From an uncultured Candidatus Saccharibacteria bacterium (lineage in GTDB: Bacteria; Patescibacteriota; UBA1384; XYA2-FULL-43-10; 1-14-0-10-43-13): a stretch of 64,000 bases of DNA. The position numbers and the translations under genes were made by a program. Under the pieces are notes generated by a model. That model was not told where the DNA came from. It worked only from the letters and a program-made list of their open reading frames with translations, and made no database searches. The DNA is taken from the NCBI GenBank assembly GCA_964364265.1, contig CAYILA010000003.1, positions 19,959 through 83,958 of the forward strand. Direction: 5' to 3'. Of the stretch, positions 40,571 through 50,182 are shown in pieces (the first letter of the stretch is position 1; the number at the start of each line of letters is the position of its first letter).

Positions 40571-40638
40571 AATCTGGTGCTTGTTATCATCCCTAAAGAG
40601 TAATATAATCGATTTGAAGTAATTTTTAAAGGAGTAAT

Positions 40639-41676
40639 ATGTCGGATCTTGACACCTCTTCATTGTTTAAATACGACTCTTCAAGAATGATTGATCAAGT
40701 TGAGAGTTTTTCAACTGATTGTATAGACGCCTGGCAACAAGCCGAAAATCTGATACTTCCCTCCTATTATGTCAAAGCCAAAAATATCCTGTTGCTTGGA
40801 ATGGGCGGATCTGGTGTATCAAACGACTTCATTGCCGACTTGCTTTACGGTACCGACCTTTGCATTAATTCAATCCATGGTTACGACATCCCCGGCTTAG
40901 TGGATGAAAATACCTTGGTCATTGCCAATTCATATTCAGGAAATACCGAGGAAGTATTGGCTGGATTTATTTCCGCATACAAGAGAAAAGCTAAATTGAT
41001 TGCCATTACCACCGGTGGCAAACTTGAATCGCTAGCCGAAAAATACAGAGCGCCCCTATTTAAGTACAATTATCCTTCAACCCCGAGAATGGCTGTGCCT
41101 TTTACTTTCGTTTCATTACTTTCGATATTTAAAAAGCTGGGACATTTAGAAATTGATAATTCAATTTTTGACCTTCTTGAAAAAGTCAATCGGCTGACTC
41201 AAAATTACAGACACGAAATCCCAGTCGCCCAAAATCCAGCCAAAGCCCTGGCTCAAAAATTGGAAGGAAATATTCCGATTATTTATTCTAGCTTCTCCTT
41301 AAAATCTCTTGGTTTTCGTGCCAAAAGTCAGTTTAATGAAAATTCAAAAAACCTTTCATTCAGCGAATATTATCCCGAACTAAATCATAATTCGATACAG
41401 GGATATCGTTATCCAAAAGCGCCGGTATTCGTAATATCCGTTGAATCAAATTTAGATGATTCACAGAGTCAAAAACGAGCCAATCTTACAGAAGAAGTTC
41501 TGCGTAAATCAAATATTCCCTGCGAGAGAATCAATTTTTCCTCTGTTACAAATCCAGTTGTAGAAATTTTGAGCTTTATTCAATTCTTTAACTATGTTTC
41601 GATTTATCTTGCGGTTATTAATATGCAAGATCCCACTTCTATGCCTGATATAACTACATTTAAGAGCAAACTTTAG
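40639..41676 (+). CDS. Bifunctional phosphoglucose/phosphomannose isomerase (SIS type)
   Basis: GMGGSG, SYSGNTEE, NENSK and PELNHN motifs. Confidence 0.9.
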   Translation: MSDLDTSSLFKYDSSRMIDQVESFSTDCIDAWQQAENLILPSYYVKAKNILLLGMGGSGVSNDFIADLLYGTDLCINSIHGYDIPGLVDENTLVIANSYSGNTEEVLAGFISAYKRKAKLIAITTGGKLESLAEKYRAPLFKYNYPSTPRMAVPFTFVSLLSIFKKLGHLEIDNSIFDLLEKVNRLTQNYRHEIPVAQNPAKALAQKLEGNIPIIYSSFSLKSLGFRAKSQFNENSKNLSFSEYYPELNHNSIQGYRYPKAPVFVISVESNLDDSQSQKRANLTEEVLRKSNIPCERINFSSVTNPVVEILSFIQFFNYVSIYLAVINMQDPTSMPDITTFKSKL

Positions 41677-41695
41677 TAAAATTTGGAGGGATTGA

Positions 41696-43282
41696 GTGTT
41701 TTTAGGCAGACAAAAAAAACCTGTTGTTCTTGTAATTTTGGATGGTTGGGGCGTCGCCCCGTCTTGGGGAGGCAACGCTATCTCTCAAGCCAATACCAAG
41801 TTTTACGACAAGGTCTGGCAACAAGCTCCCAAAACGACTCTATTGGCATCCGGTGAAGCGGTCGGCTTGCCGGTCAGCGCTCCGGGCAATTCGGAAGCCG
41901 GTCACCTCAATATTGGCGCCGGACATGTCGTCCATCAGGACCAGACTTTGATCGATGCCCAGATCGACAACCAATCCTTCTACAGCAACCCAAAAATCCT
42001 CAATGCGATCGAACACGCCACGCAACACAATTCAAACATTCATCTGATGGGTTTGCTCTCAAAAACCGGAACCCACAGTCATATCAAACATCTTTTTGCC
42101 CTTTTGACGCTGTTCAAAGCTAAAAATTTTAGCCGCGTCTTTATTCACTTGTTTACGGATGGTCGCGATTCCGATCCGATGTCCGGCATCGAAATGGTAG
42201 ACGAAGTCGAACACAAAATAGCCGAGATCGGTGTCGGTAAGATATCGTCAATTGCCGGCCGTTTTTATGCCATGGATCGAGACAACCGTTGGGGCCGTGT
42301 CGCCAGAGCATACAATCTACTAGTCAAGGGCGAGGGTAATATATTTGAATCTCCCAAGACCGCGATTACATCGTCTTACTCCCAAGGCATAACCGATGAG
42401 TTTATTGAACCTCGATTAATATCAAACAAAGGTCAACAGATTACATCGATCAAAAGCAATGATAGTATTATATTTTTCAATTTCAGAAGCGACAGAGCCA
42501 AGGAAATCACCAGAGCATTTTTAGATGAACATTTACCGGAGTTTCCGGATCGCATGAAGTTAAGCAATCTCTATTTTGCAACCTTTGTGATTTATGATGA
42601 TCACTTACTATCCGAACAGATATTTTCTCCCGAGAAGATCGTGTACCCGTTAGCCCGAGTATTATCGGAAAATAACTTGAAACAATTGCACATCGCCGAA
42701 ACTGAAAAATATCCTCATGTCACATACTTTTTAAATGGCGGGACCGAAAAACCTTTTCCGGGTGAAAGCCGCGCAATGATTCCTTCTCCCCAAAAATTCA
42801 AAACTTACGATTATGTCCCAAAAATGAACGCTCCTAAATTAACCGCTCTTATCGTATCCACAATCAAAAAAAACATATATGATTTTACAGTTGTAAATTT
42901 TGCCAATACTGATATGGTCGGACATACTGGCAATCTTGGATCAGCAATAATGGCGGTTGAGTGCGTTGACGAATGCGTTTCTAAGATTGCAGATGAAATC
43001 ATAAGCAAGGATGGAATAATGCTAATTGTTGGCGATCATGGCAATGTCGAGCAAATGATTAATCCCCAAACCGGGGACCCAGATACTGAACACTCAACAA
43101 ATCCCGTCCCTTTTATTATCGTATCTAATGACCCAACTATTAATAAACTAAAAATGCAAGCCGACGGAATATTGGCTTCCGTTTCACCAACAATGCTAGA
43201 TTTGATGCAGATTAAAAAACCGGCTGATATGAGAAACAATTCAATTATTATTAAAGAAATCAATGTCCCAATCGCTAAATAA
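41696..43282 (+). CDS. gpmI: 2,3-BPG-independent phosphoglycerate mutase
   Basis: LDGWG, GNSEAGH, TDGRD, DMVGHTG and DHGN motifs. Confidence 0.97.
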   Translation: MFLGRQKKPVVLVILDGWGVAPSWGGNAISQANTKFYDKVWQQAPKTTLLASGEAVGLPVSAPGNSEAGHLNIGAGHVVHQDQTLIDAQIDNQSFYSNPKILNAIEHATQHNSNIHLMGLLSKTGTHSHIKHLFALLTLFKAKNFSRVFIHLFTDGRDSDPMSGIEMVDEVEHKIAEIGVGKISSIAGRFYAMDRDNRWGRVARAYNLLVKGEGNIFESPKTAITSSYSQGITDEFIEPRLISNKGQQITSIKSNDSIIFFNFRSDRAKEITRAFLDEHLPEFPDRMKLSNLYFATFVIYDDHLLSEQIFSPEKIVYPLARVLSENNLKQLHIAETEKYPHVTYFLNGGTEKPFPGESRAMIPSPQKFKTYDYVPKMNAPKLTALIVSTIKKNIYDFTVVNFANTDMVGHTGNLGSAIMAVECVDECVSKIADEIISKDGIMLIVGDHGNVEQMINPQTGDPDTEHSTNPVPFIIVSNDPTINKLKMQADGILASVSPTMLDLMQIKKPADMRNNSIIIKEINVPIAK

Positions 43283-44765
43283 AAATATAATTCTTTGCCT
43301 TACAGATGGTATTGGAATTTCTTCCGCTTGGCAGGGAAATGTTTTGAATATGGGCAAGTCAAATATAATCGGCCGCTTTCTTAAAGAATACCCTTCCGAA
43401 CTCCTAAAAACCGATATTGAAGGGATTACTAAAATCGGAAATCAGTTGGACACTAACTCGTCCTACCAAAGAATATTTACTGGAAAAAATGTCCTGCCGT
43501 CATATGACCGAATAAATAAATCGATATCGGATAGCTCCCATTATCACGATTTGTTTGAAATGCCGATCAAACATCATTCCTCGCTTCATCTGGTCGGCAC
43601 GCTATCGGCTGATAATTTTTATGGCTCGCAAAAACATTTGGAAGAGATACTAAAACAAGCTAAAGGAAGAGGAATATTTAATTTGAACATTCATCTTCTG
43701 ATTGATAATTCATTTAAAACGAAGGAGGAACTTCTTTCTAAATTACAGGAACTGGAGAACTTCACTACAAAAATAAAACTGGGGCGGGTCGTAACGATAG
43801 CCGGCCGTGACAATCTTCATCAAGATATCAATCTAAAATATTTCAAGGCCCTGCTTGCTTGTTTTGTCGGCGGCAAAACCAATAAATCCCTATCCCCTGA
43901 ACAGATAATTAATTTATCCGATAAAAAAGACGGTTTTTCAAAACTGGCTCCTACCTCAATTGTCGAGGACGGATATCAAAAAGGCCGAATTTCCGGATAT
44001 GATACTGTATTATTTTTTGACTATAACAATGATGATTATGATTATTTAATCAATAAACTTGTATTTGGCTCCGGTCTTTTCGGATTGAAAATCCCAAAGT
44101 CATTAAACATTTTCACTCTTTCAACCTCTAAAGTTGATAAGATAAAAAGCATATTTCCAGCCGAAAATAAAAAAGATATCTTTGACCAGATTTCAAGAGA
44201 CAATAAGATTGCCCTAATTTCAGAGATATCAAGATACGCTTACCTAAAACCCTTTACTGAAAATAATAAGATCGATCCGACATTTATTGATTATGAAAAC
44301 AATGAAAACAATTTTTATCTTAAACTATTGTCCGATCTTAAATCAAAATCAGAGAAGTACGAGTTGACAATTTTGGTAATTCCGACGCTTGATAATGCGG
44401 TTATCTCCGACTCAATGGAAAAAACCATTAAATCCTTAAATCTTTACTATCAATTTCTCGAGGATGTTGAAAAATACATTTTGGAAAAAGATTTATTATT
44501 CATATTGACTTCCAGTTACGGCAGAATTAATAACTTAAATAATAAACGAGATAATTTAATCTTGCCCAATTTTGATCCGGTTCCATTTATTGTCTTGTCA
44601 AAATACAAATCAGAAAGCGCTAATTTGCAAACCGAACCGGAAAATAGCATCGCTTCCAATTATTTAAATTTAAAACACGACATCTTAGATGTGGCGCCGA
44701 CCTTGCTTCAGATGTTTGGTTTGGATATTCCCGATAGTCTGACCGGAACAAGTCTCTTGAATTGA
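43263..44765 (+). CDS. Degenerate GpmI paralogue
   Basis: Collinear with gpmI (TDGIG, LHLVG, IAGR, DPVPFI, DVAPTLL) but the catalytic motifs are altered. Confidence 0.75.
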   Translation: MSQSLNKNIILCLTDGIGISSAWQGNVLNMGKSNIIGRFLKEYPSELLKTDIEGITKIGNQLDTNSSYQRIFTGKNVLPSYDRINKSISDSSHYHDLFEMPIKHHSSLHLVGTLSADNFYGSQKHLEEILKQAKGRGIFNLNIHLLIDNSFKTKEELLSKLQELENFTTKIKLGRVVTIAGRDNLHQDINLKYFKALLACFVGGKTNKSLSPEQIINLSDKKDGFSKLAPTSIVEDGYQKGRISGYDTVLFFDYNNDDYDYLINKLVFGSGLFGLKIPKSLNIFTLSTSKVDKIKSIFPAENKKDIFDQISRDNKIALISEISRYAYLKPFTENNKIDPTFIDYENNENNFYLKLLSDLKSKSEKYELTILVIPTLDNAVISDSMEKTIKSLNLYYQFLEDVEKYILEKDLLFILTSSYGRINNLNNKRDNLILPNFDPVPFIVLSKYKSESANLQTEPENSIASNYLNLKHDILDVAPTLLQMFGLDIPDSLTGTSLLN

Positions 44766-44803
44766 ATTTTGGCGTTAATTCTGATATATTGAGCTTATTA
44801 ATC

Positions 44804-44855
44804 GGGCCCATAGCTTAGTTTCAGCCAGAGGCTGATCGTCCTCTGGACGAGGTAG
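44804..44855 (+). repeat. Duplicated 5' fragment of tRNA-Ala interrupted by a 30-bp double palindrome
   Basis: GGGCCCATAGCTTAGTT[TCAGCCAGAGGCTGATCGTCCTCTGGACGA]GGTAG compared with tRNA 45125-45146. Confidence 0.88.
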
Positions 44856-44861
44856 GGGAAA

Positions 44862-45119
44862 ATGAATTATGTATACTTTATGAAAAGTCTGCGTAACGGC
44901 AAGGTTTATGTCGGCAGAACGACGAATAAGCCTGACAAGCGAGTTTTGGAACATAATAATGGCAGTAATGTTTGGAGTAGACACAACAAACCTTTTGAAT
45001 TAATCTATTTTGAGGAATATTATTGTGAAATAGATTGTGCGAAAAGAGAAGCCTTCTATAAAACAGGAATCGGCAAGAAGGTGAAAAAGGCAATCATCGA
45101 AACGTTTATAACAGAATAA
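44862..45119 (+). CDS. Stand-alone GIY-YIG nuclease
   Basis: YVY..YVG..R..EH..KP..RE motifs are intact in an 85-aa protein. Confidence 0.92.
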   Translation: MNYVYFMKSLRNGKVYVGRTTNKPDKRVLEHNNGSNVWSRHNKPFELIYFEEYYCEIDCAKREAFYKTGIGKKVKKAIIETFITE

Positions 45120-45124
45120 TATAT

Positions 45125-45200
45125 GGGCCCATAGCTTAGTTGGTAGAGCGCCTCCATGGCATGGAGGAGGTCAGGAGTTCAAGTCTCCTTGGGTCCACCA
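45125..45200 (+). tRNA. tRNA-Ala(GGC)
   Basis: 76 nt, G3:U70 pair, anticodon GGC, encoded CCA. Confidence 0.97.
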
Positions 45201-45214
45201 AGAAATTAAAATAT

Positions 45215-47782
45215 ATGAAAAAGTATGAGTTCTCTCAAATAGATAAAAAGTGGCAGGAATACTGGAAGAGTACTAGTTATGGCGTCGCCAAAGATGAGGG
45301 TGGGAATAAACATTACCATCTAATCGAGTTTCCTTATCCTTCGGGCGAGGGTCTGCATGTCGGTCATTGTATGGGTTATGGGGCATCTGATGCATACTGC
45401 CGGATGAAAAGGATGCAAGGTTTCAATGTAATGTTCCCGATCGGTTGGGACGCTTTTGGTCTTCCGACTGAAAATTACGCTATTAAGACCGGCATCCATC
45501 CCCGCCTTGCCACCAAACAAAGTATTGATACATTTAAGAAACAAATCGAATCCCTAGGCTACTCTTTTGACTGGAAAAGAGAGATAAACACCACCGATCC
45601 GGAATACTATAAATGGACACAATGGATTTTTTTGCAGTTTTACAAACACGGCATTGTAGACCCTTCGACAGGCTCAGGGCAAGCTGGAAAATTGATTGAG
45701 GTCGCCGATGATGATACTACCACCCCTCGCCTTGCCTACCAAGCCGAAATGCCGATTAACTGGTGTCCTTCTTGTAAAATAGGGCTAGCCAATGAAGAAG
45801 TTATCGCCGGAAAATGCGAGCGCTGTGGAACCGAAACAATCAAAAAAATGCAGAAGCAGTGGCTGTTACGTATTACGGCGTATGCAGACCGCTTAATTTC
45901 CGACCTTGATACGGTTGATTATTTAGACAAGATCAAAACTCAACAAGTAAATTGGATCGGGCGATCTACTGGAACAAATATTCGCTTTACTGTCATTCCT
46001 GCGAACGCAGGAATCTTAAAGATCCCTGATCAAGTCAGGGATGACAATATTGTCGAAATTTTTACCACCCGTACCGATACTTTATTCGGTTGTACCTATA
46101 TTGTTTTGTCACCCGAGCATCCAATTATTGCAAAACTAAAAACAAATATTGCCAATTGTAATAAAGTTAATCAATATATTGAAGATTCTGCTAAAAAGTC
46201 CGACATGGAACGAACGGAATTGGCCAAAGAGAAAACCGGAGTCAAACTGGAAAGTATTAAAGCCATAAATCCGATTAACAATGAAGAGATCGATGTTTGG
46301 ATTGCCGATTATGTACTCGCTTCATACGGAACCGGCGCAGTAATGGCAGTTCCCGCTCACGACGAACGAGATTTTGAATTCGCCAAGAAATACGATATTG
46401 ATATTAAGCAAGTTATTACCGGCGATAATTATAATGACAATAAAGCTTTTACGGAATACGGCATATTAATTCATTCGGGTGGATTTGACGGCTTGACAAG
46501 TAAAGAAGCACAAGGGAAAATCACTATAAAACTAAAGGAAATTGGTGCCGGAGATTTTACTGTTAATTACAAACTTCGGGACTGGATTTTCTCCCGCCAG
46601 CATTATTGGGGCGAACCGATCCCAATTATTCATTGTGATAAATGCGGTACAATTCCAATGGATGAAAATGATTTGCCGCTAACTTTGCCGGAAGTGGAAA
46701 ATTACCAGCCAACCGTTACCGGCGAATCACCATTGGCTGCTATTCCAAATTGGGTCAACACAACTTGTCCGGAGTGCGGCGGTCCCGCAAAAAGAGAGAC
46801 CGACACTATGCCGAACTGGGCCGGCTCTAGCTGGTATTTCTTGCGTTACTGCGATCCGAAAAATATGAATGAATTTGCTTCGATGGACAAACTCGAATAT
46901 TGGTTAAATCCTGGTTTAGATGCCAGCGAGGCCCCGCGTAGCTCGAAGAGCGGAGGTGGGGTTGATATCTACAATGGTGGGATGGAACACACAACTTTGC
47001 ATTTGTTATATTCCCGCTTCTGGCACAAGTTTTTGTATGATTTAGGGAAAGTTCCTTCGAACGAGCCGTACCAAAAAAGAATCGCTCATGGTATAATACT
47101 GGGTCCCGACGGACAGAAGATGAGTAAGTCCCGCGACAATGTCATCAATCCGGATAAAATCGTAGAGAAGTACGGTTCCGATACTTTGCGTACCTATATT
47201 ATGTTTATCGGTCCATACGACCAGGAGTCCGCTTGGAACACTTCCAGCATCCAGGGAGTCTACCGCTTCCTCAACCGACTTTGGAATAATTATGATTTAG
47301 TCAATAACCAATCGGATGAAAAAGATCTATTAATTAAATTGAACCAAACCATCGATTGTGTTACCGCGGACTTGGAATCATTTAATTTAAATACGGTCGT
47401 CTCCAAATTGATGGAAATGAATAATATGATTGAAAAAATCGGTCATATATCTAAGGATTCGTATTCTAAATATCTTAAACTTATTTTTCCCGTAGCACCC
47501 CACATCTCATCCGAATTATTTGAAATGTTGGAAAAAGGCAAAATTGAAGCAAAAGAATGGCCTAAAACCGATTTAAATTATCTTTCCGCCGACCAGATTG
47601 AAATAGTCGTCCAAATCAACGGCAAGGTCAGGGCTAAAATGATGCTCGATGCCAATATTTCCGATCAGGAGATGGTTGATTTCGCCCTTAATTTACCCGA
47701 AGTGAAAGAATATATCGAAGACAAGAAGATAGTAAAGATAATCCCAGTCGCCAAGAAACTGGTCAGTATCGTAATCGCTTGA
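45215..47782 (+). CDS. leuS: Leucine--tRNA ligase with three in-frame palindromic insertions
   Basis: FPYPSG..HVGH, GTGAVMAVPAHD and KMSKS motifs. True start ATG 45215, after the tRNA. Confidence 0.98.
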   Translation: MKKYEFSQIDKKWQEYWKSTSYGVAKDEGGNKHYHLIEFPYPSGEGLHVGHCMGYGASDAYCRMKRMQGFNVMFPIGWDAFGLPTENYAIKTGIHPRLATKQSIDTFKKQIESLGYSFDWKREINTTDPEYYKWTQWIFLQFYKHGIVDPSTGSGQAGKLIEVADDDTTTPRLAYQAEMPINWCPSCKIGLANEEVIAGKCERCGTETIKKMQKQWLLRITAYADRLISDLDTVDYLDKIKTQQVNWIGRSTGTNIRFTVIPANAGILKIPDQVRDDNIVEIFTTRTDTLFGCTYIVLSPEHPIIAKLKTNIANCNKVNQYIEDSAKKSDMERTELAKEKTGVKLESIKAINPINNEEIDVWIADYVLASYGTGAVMAVPAHDERDFEFAKKYDIDIKQVITGDNYNDNKAFTEYGILIHSGGFDGLTSKEAQGKITIKLKEIGAGDFTVNYKLRDWIFSRQHYWGEPIPIIHCDKCGTIPMDENDLPLTLPEVENYQPTVTGESPLAAIPNWVNTTCPECGGPAKRETDTMPNWAGSSWYFLRYCDPKNMNEFASMDKLEYWLNPGLDASEAPRSSKSGGGVDIYNGGMEHTTLHLLYSRFWHKFLYDLGKVPSNEPYQKRIAHGIILGPDGQKMSKSRDNVINPDKIVEKYGSDTLRTYIMFIGPYDQESAWNTSSIQGVYRFLNRLWNNYDLVNNQSDEKDLLIKLNQTIDCVTADLESFNLNTVVSKLMEMNNMIEKIGHISKDSYSKYLKLIFPVAPHISSELFEMLEKGKIEAKEWPKTDLNYLSADQIEIVVQINGKVRAKMMLDANISDQEMVDFALNLPEVKEYIEDKKIVKIIPVAKKLVSIVIA
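45659..45683 (+). repeat. Palindromic insertion 1 in leuS
   Basis: GACCCTTCGACAGGCTCAGGGCAAG, encoding DPSTGSGQ. Confidence 0.6.
45991..46046 (+). repeat. Double-hairpin insertion 2 in leuS
   Basis: TGTCAT...ATGACA ends, with hairpins ATTCCTGCG-AA-CGCAGGAAT and ATCCCTGA-TCAAG-TCAGGGAT. Confidence 0.8.
46932..46961 (+). repeat. Palindromic insertion 3 in leuS
   Basis: CCCCGCGTAGCTCGAAGAGCGGAGGTGGGG, within an extra peptide between YWL and VDIY. Confidence 0.6.
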
Positions 47783-47856
47783 CTCTTGATTATTGCTCTA
47801 TATTATGCGATAATATTTAGGTCATCATTAGCTAGATCCCCACTAAAATATTAATG

Positions 47857-47897
47857 ATTGGTAGTTTCGTAATTTCGATTAATTCGTAATTTTGTAG
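47857..47897. repeat. Solo arm of the ATTCGTA-octamer element
   Basis: attggtag tttcgtaa tttcgatta attcgtaa ttttgtag. Confidence 0.65.
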
Positions 47898-47911
47898 GAG
47901 TTAGGAAATTT

Positions 47912-48091
47912 ATGGCTGAACCAAAGAAAAGAACCAACAACTCAAAACAAGGCATGCGGAGAATGCACGACAAAGTCGCCGCACCTTCACTTAATTATTG
48001 TCAGAGCTGCCACCAACCAATTCTGCGACATACGGTTTGTTATAATTGCGGTATGTACAAAAACACTAAAGTTCTCGATAAAAAGACATAA
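47912..48091 (+). CDS. rpmF: 50S ribosomal protein L32 (missing from the ORF track)
   Basis: Manual translation [34 protein letters not shown]. Confidence 0.95.
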   Translation: MAEPKKRTNNSKQGMRRMHDKVAAPSLNYCQSCHQPILRHTVCYNCGMYKNTKVLDKKT

Positions 48092-48101
48092 TGGAGGTTT
48101 G

Positions 48102-48515
48102 ATGAACCGTCATTTGTCCCGTTTAGTCGCCATGCAAACCCTCTATGAGTGGGATTTTCGAAAAGGAAGCGACCTTTCTGAAATAAAAGAAAGAAATATT
48201 GAAGAGTATAAGAATGAACTTGATGCTAACTTTGTTAAAGATATTGTCGATTATGTCTCAAAAAACACCGAGGCTGTCGACAAAGAAATATCCGTATCAG
48301 CTCCCGAATGGCCGATTGAACAAATAGCTTTGATTGATAAGACAATTCTTAGGATCGCCATTTATGAGATGGTCTTCAAAAAAGAAACACCGCCCAAAGT
48401 TATTATTAATGAAGCGATTGAGTTGGCAAAGCAATTCGGCGGCAACAGTTCGTCAAAATTCGTAAACGGAGTTTTAGGAACGCTATACGACAAATCAGGT
48501 AACAAAAAGGAATAA
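48102..48515 (+). CDS. nusB: Antitermination factor NusB
   Basis: [15 protein letters not shown] and FVNGVL motifs. Confidence 0.96.
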   Translation: MNRHLSRLVAMQTLYEWDFRKGSDLSEIKERNIEEYKNELDANFVKDIVDYVSKNTEAVDKEISVSAPEWPIEQIALIDKTILRIAIYEMVFKKETPPKVIINEAIELAKQFGGNSSSKFVNGVLGTLYDKSGNKKE

Positions 48516-48516
48516 T

Positions 48517-49227
48517 ATGTCCACAACAGATGAATTAGAAAAAGAAATTGGGATACAATTTAAGGATAAAAAGCTATTGGAACAAGTATTTATTCACAGA
48601 TCGTACCTCAACGAACACAGAAACTCTTCACTCGAGCATAATGAACGACTCGAGTTTTTGGGCGATGCCGTTTTGGAATTGGCGGTCACTGAATATCTGT
48701 ATGGAAAATACAACAAGCCGGAAGGCGAACTGACCAGTTGGAGAAGCGCTTTAGTCAAGGGCGAATCTTTGTCCGAAGAAGCAAAACGGCTTGGCATCAA
48801 CGAACTGATTAAAACCTCCCGCGGAGAAGCAAAAAATCTTGGTAAAGCCAGAGATCTCATCTTGGCAAATGCCTTTGAAGCCCTTGTCGGTGGTATTTAT
48901 CTTGATCAAGGGTATGACGTCGTTTCTGAGTTTATTGAGCAAAATATCTGTTACAAATTAAAAGACATCTTAGAAAAAGGTCTTTATTACGATCCGAAAA
49001 GCAAATTCCAGGAACTCTCTCAAGAATCTCTTTCTATAACCCCGACCTATGAAGTCGTCTCGGAAGAAGGGCCGGATCATGCCAAGGTTTTTGTTGTGGC
49101 TGCTTATCTCGGCGACCAAAAAATAGCCGAGGGACAGGGTCCGTCCAAACAAAGAGCCCAATCCGATGCGGCTAAAAAATCCCTTGAATCGTGGGATGAA
49201 ACCATATCAAACTTTAATTCAAAGTAG
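48517..49227 (+). CDS. rnc: Ribonuclease III
   Basis: NERLEFLGDAVL signature and a dsRBD. Confidence 0.98.
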   Translation: MSTTDELEKEIGIQFKDKKLLEQVFIHRSYLNEHRNSSLEHNERLEFLGDAVLELAVTEYLYGKYNKPEGELTSWRSALVKGESLSEEAKRLGINELIKTSRGEAKNLGKARDLILANAFEALVGGIYLDQGYDVVSEFIEQNICYKLKDILEKGLYYDPKSKFQELSQESLSITPTYEVVSEEGPDHAKVFVVAAYLGDQKIAEGQGPSKQRAQSDAAKKSLESWDETISNFNSK

Positions 49228-50182
49228 AACTCCACTCAACATTTTGCCAGCCCCAATCGAGCAGTTTTATTGATTCATCAGCCGAGGCGGTGGCATTATC
49301 GGCGGTTGTACGGATGATGACCCCGATTAGGGTGTGGTCGTCTCTCTTCGCCGCCGAAACCAGCACATGTCCCGCTTCCGGCATATAACCGGTCTTGACC
49401 CCGATAGCTCCCATATAGTTATAATCGGCAACCAACCGGTTAGAGTTCGTAACTTCATGCCAGATTGTGCTGTCGATATTTGTAAAGGCGTCTTGTTTGG
49501 TCTTTACAATTGCGGCGAATGTCTCATTTTTCAAGGCATGGCTGGCTGCCAAATACAAGTCATATGCGCTTGAATAACCGGTCGTGTCCAAACCGGCTGG
49601 ATCTTCATAGCGGGTGTCCATCATGCCCAGCTCTTTGGCTTTTTCATTCATTTTATCGACAAATCTGGTTATGCCGATGTCGCCATAACCATTCATCTTT
49701 TCAGCCAATGCATAGGCGGTATCATTACCGGATTTGATCAATAGGCCCTTCAGCAGTTCCCCGACTTTGACCTGTTCTCCCGGTCTGATAAACGTATCGG
49801 CTCCGACCTGACTTGAGGCCGTCTCTGAAATCGTCACAGTATCATCCAGCTTATAGTTTTCCAGGGATACGATCGCGGTCATTATTTTGGTGGTTGAAGC
49901 AATCGGAACGCGGTTCTTGATCCCCTCTTTTAATAAAATCTTGCCCGAATCATTGTCGACTAGGATATACTCGCTGGCGTAGATCAACGGTTTTTCTGCT
50001 CCGAATTTAACTTTGGGACGCGCAAGAATTTGCGGTAACGAAATATCAATATCAGAAGCAACCGCAATGTTTGTCGGATTCGTTTCCTTTACAATTATCG
50101 CTCTGTCGATCCTATCCGAGATCCCGCCAAGCCCTACCGTATTGAGAAGTATCGAGACAAAAATTAATGATTTAACTATCAT
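49214..50182 (-). CDS. D-Ala-D-Ala carboxypeptidase (S11)
   Basis: STTK, SGN and KTG motifs. Confidence 0.92.
   Translation of the reverse strand: MIVKSLIFVSILLNTVGLGGISDRIDRAIIVKETNPTNIAVASDIDISLPQILARPKVKFGAEKPLIYASEYILVDNDSGKILLKEGIKNRVPIASTTKIMTAIVSLENYKLDDTVTISETASSQVGADTFIRPGEQVKVGELLKGLLIKSGNDTAYALAEKMNGYGDIGITRFVDKMNEKAKELGMMDTRYEDPAGLDTTGYSSAYDLYLAASHALKNETFAAIVKTKQDAFTNIDSTIWHEVTNSNRLVADYNYMGAIGVKTGYMPEAGHVLVSAAKRDDHTLIGVIIRTTADNATASADESIKLLDWGWQNVEWSSTLN

Noticed and set aside
45140-45214. N-terminal extension of leuS in the ORF track
   Set aside because: It overlaps tRNA-Ala. The real start is ATG 45215.
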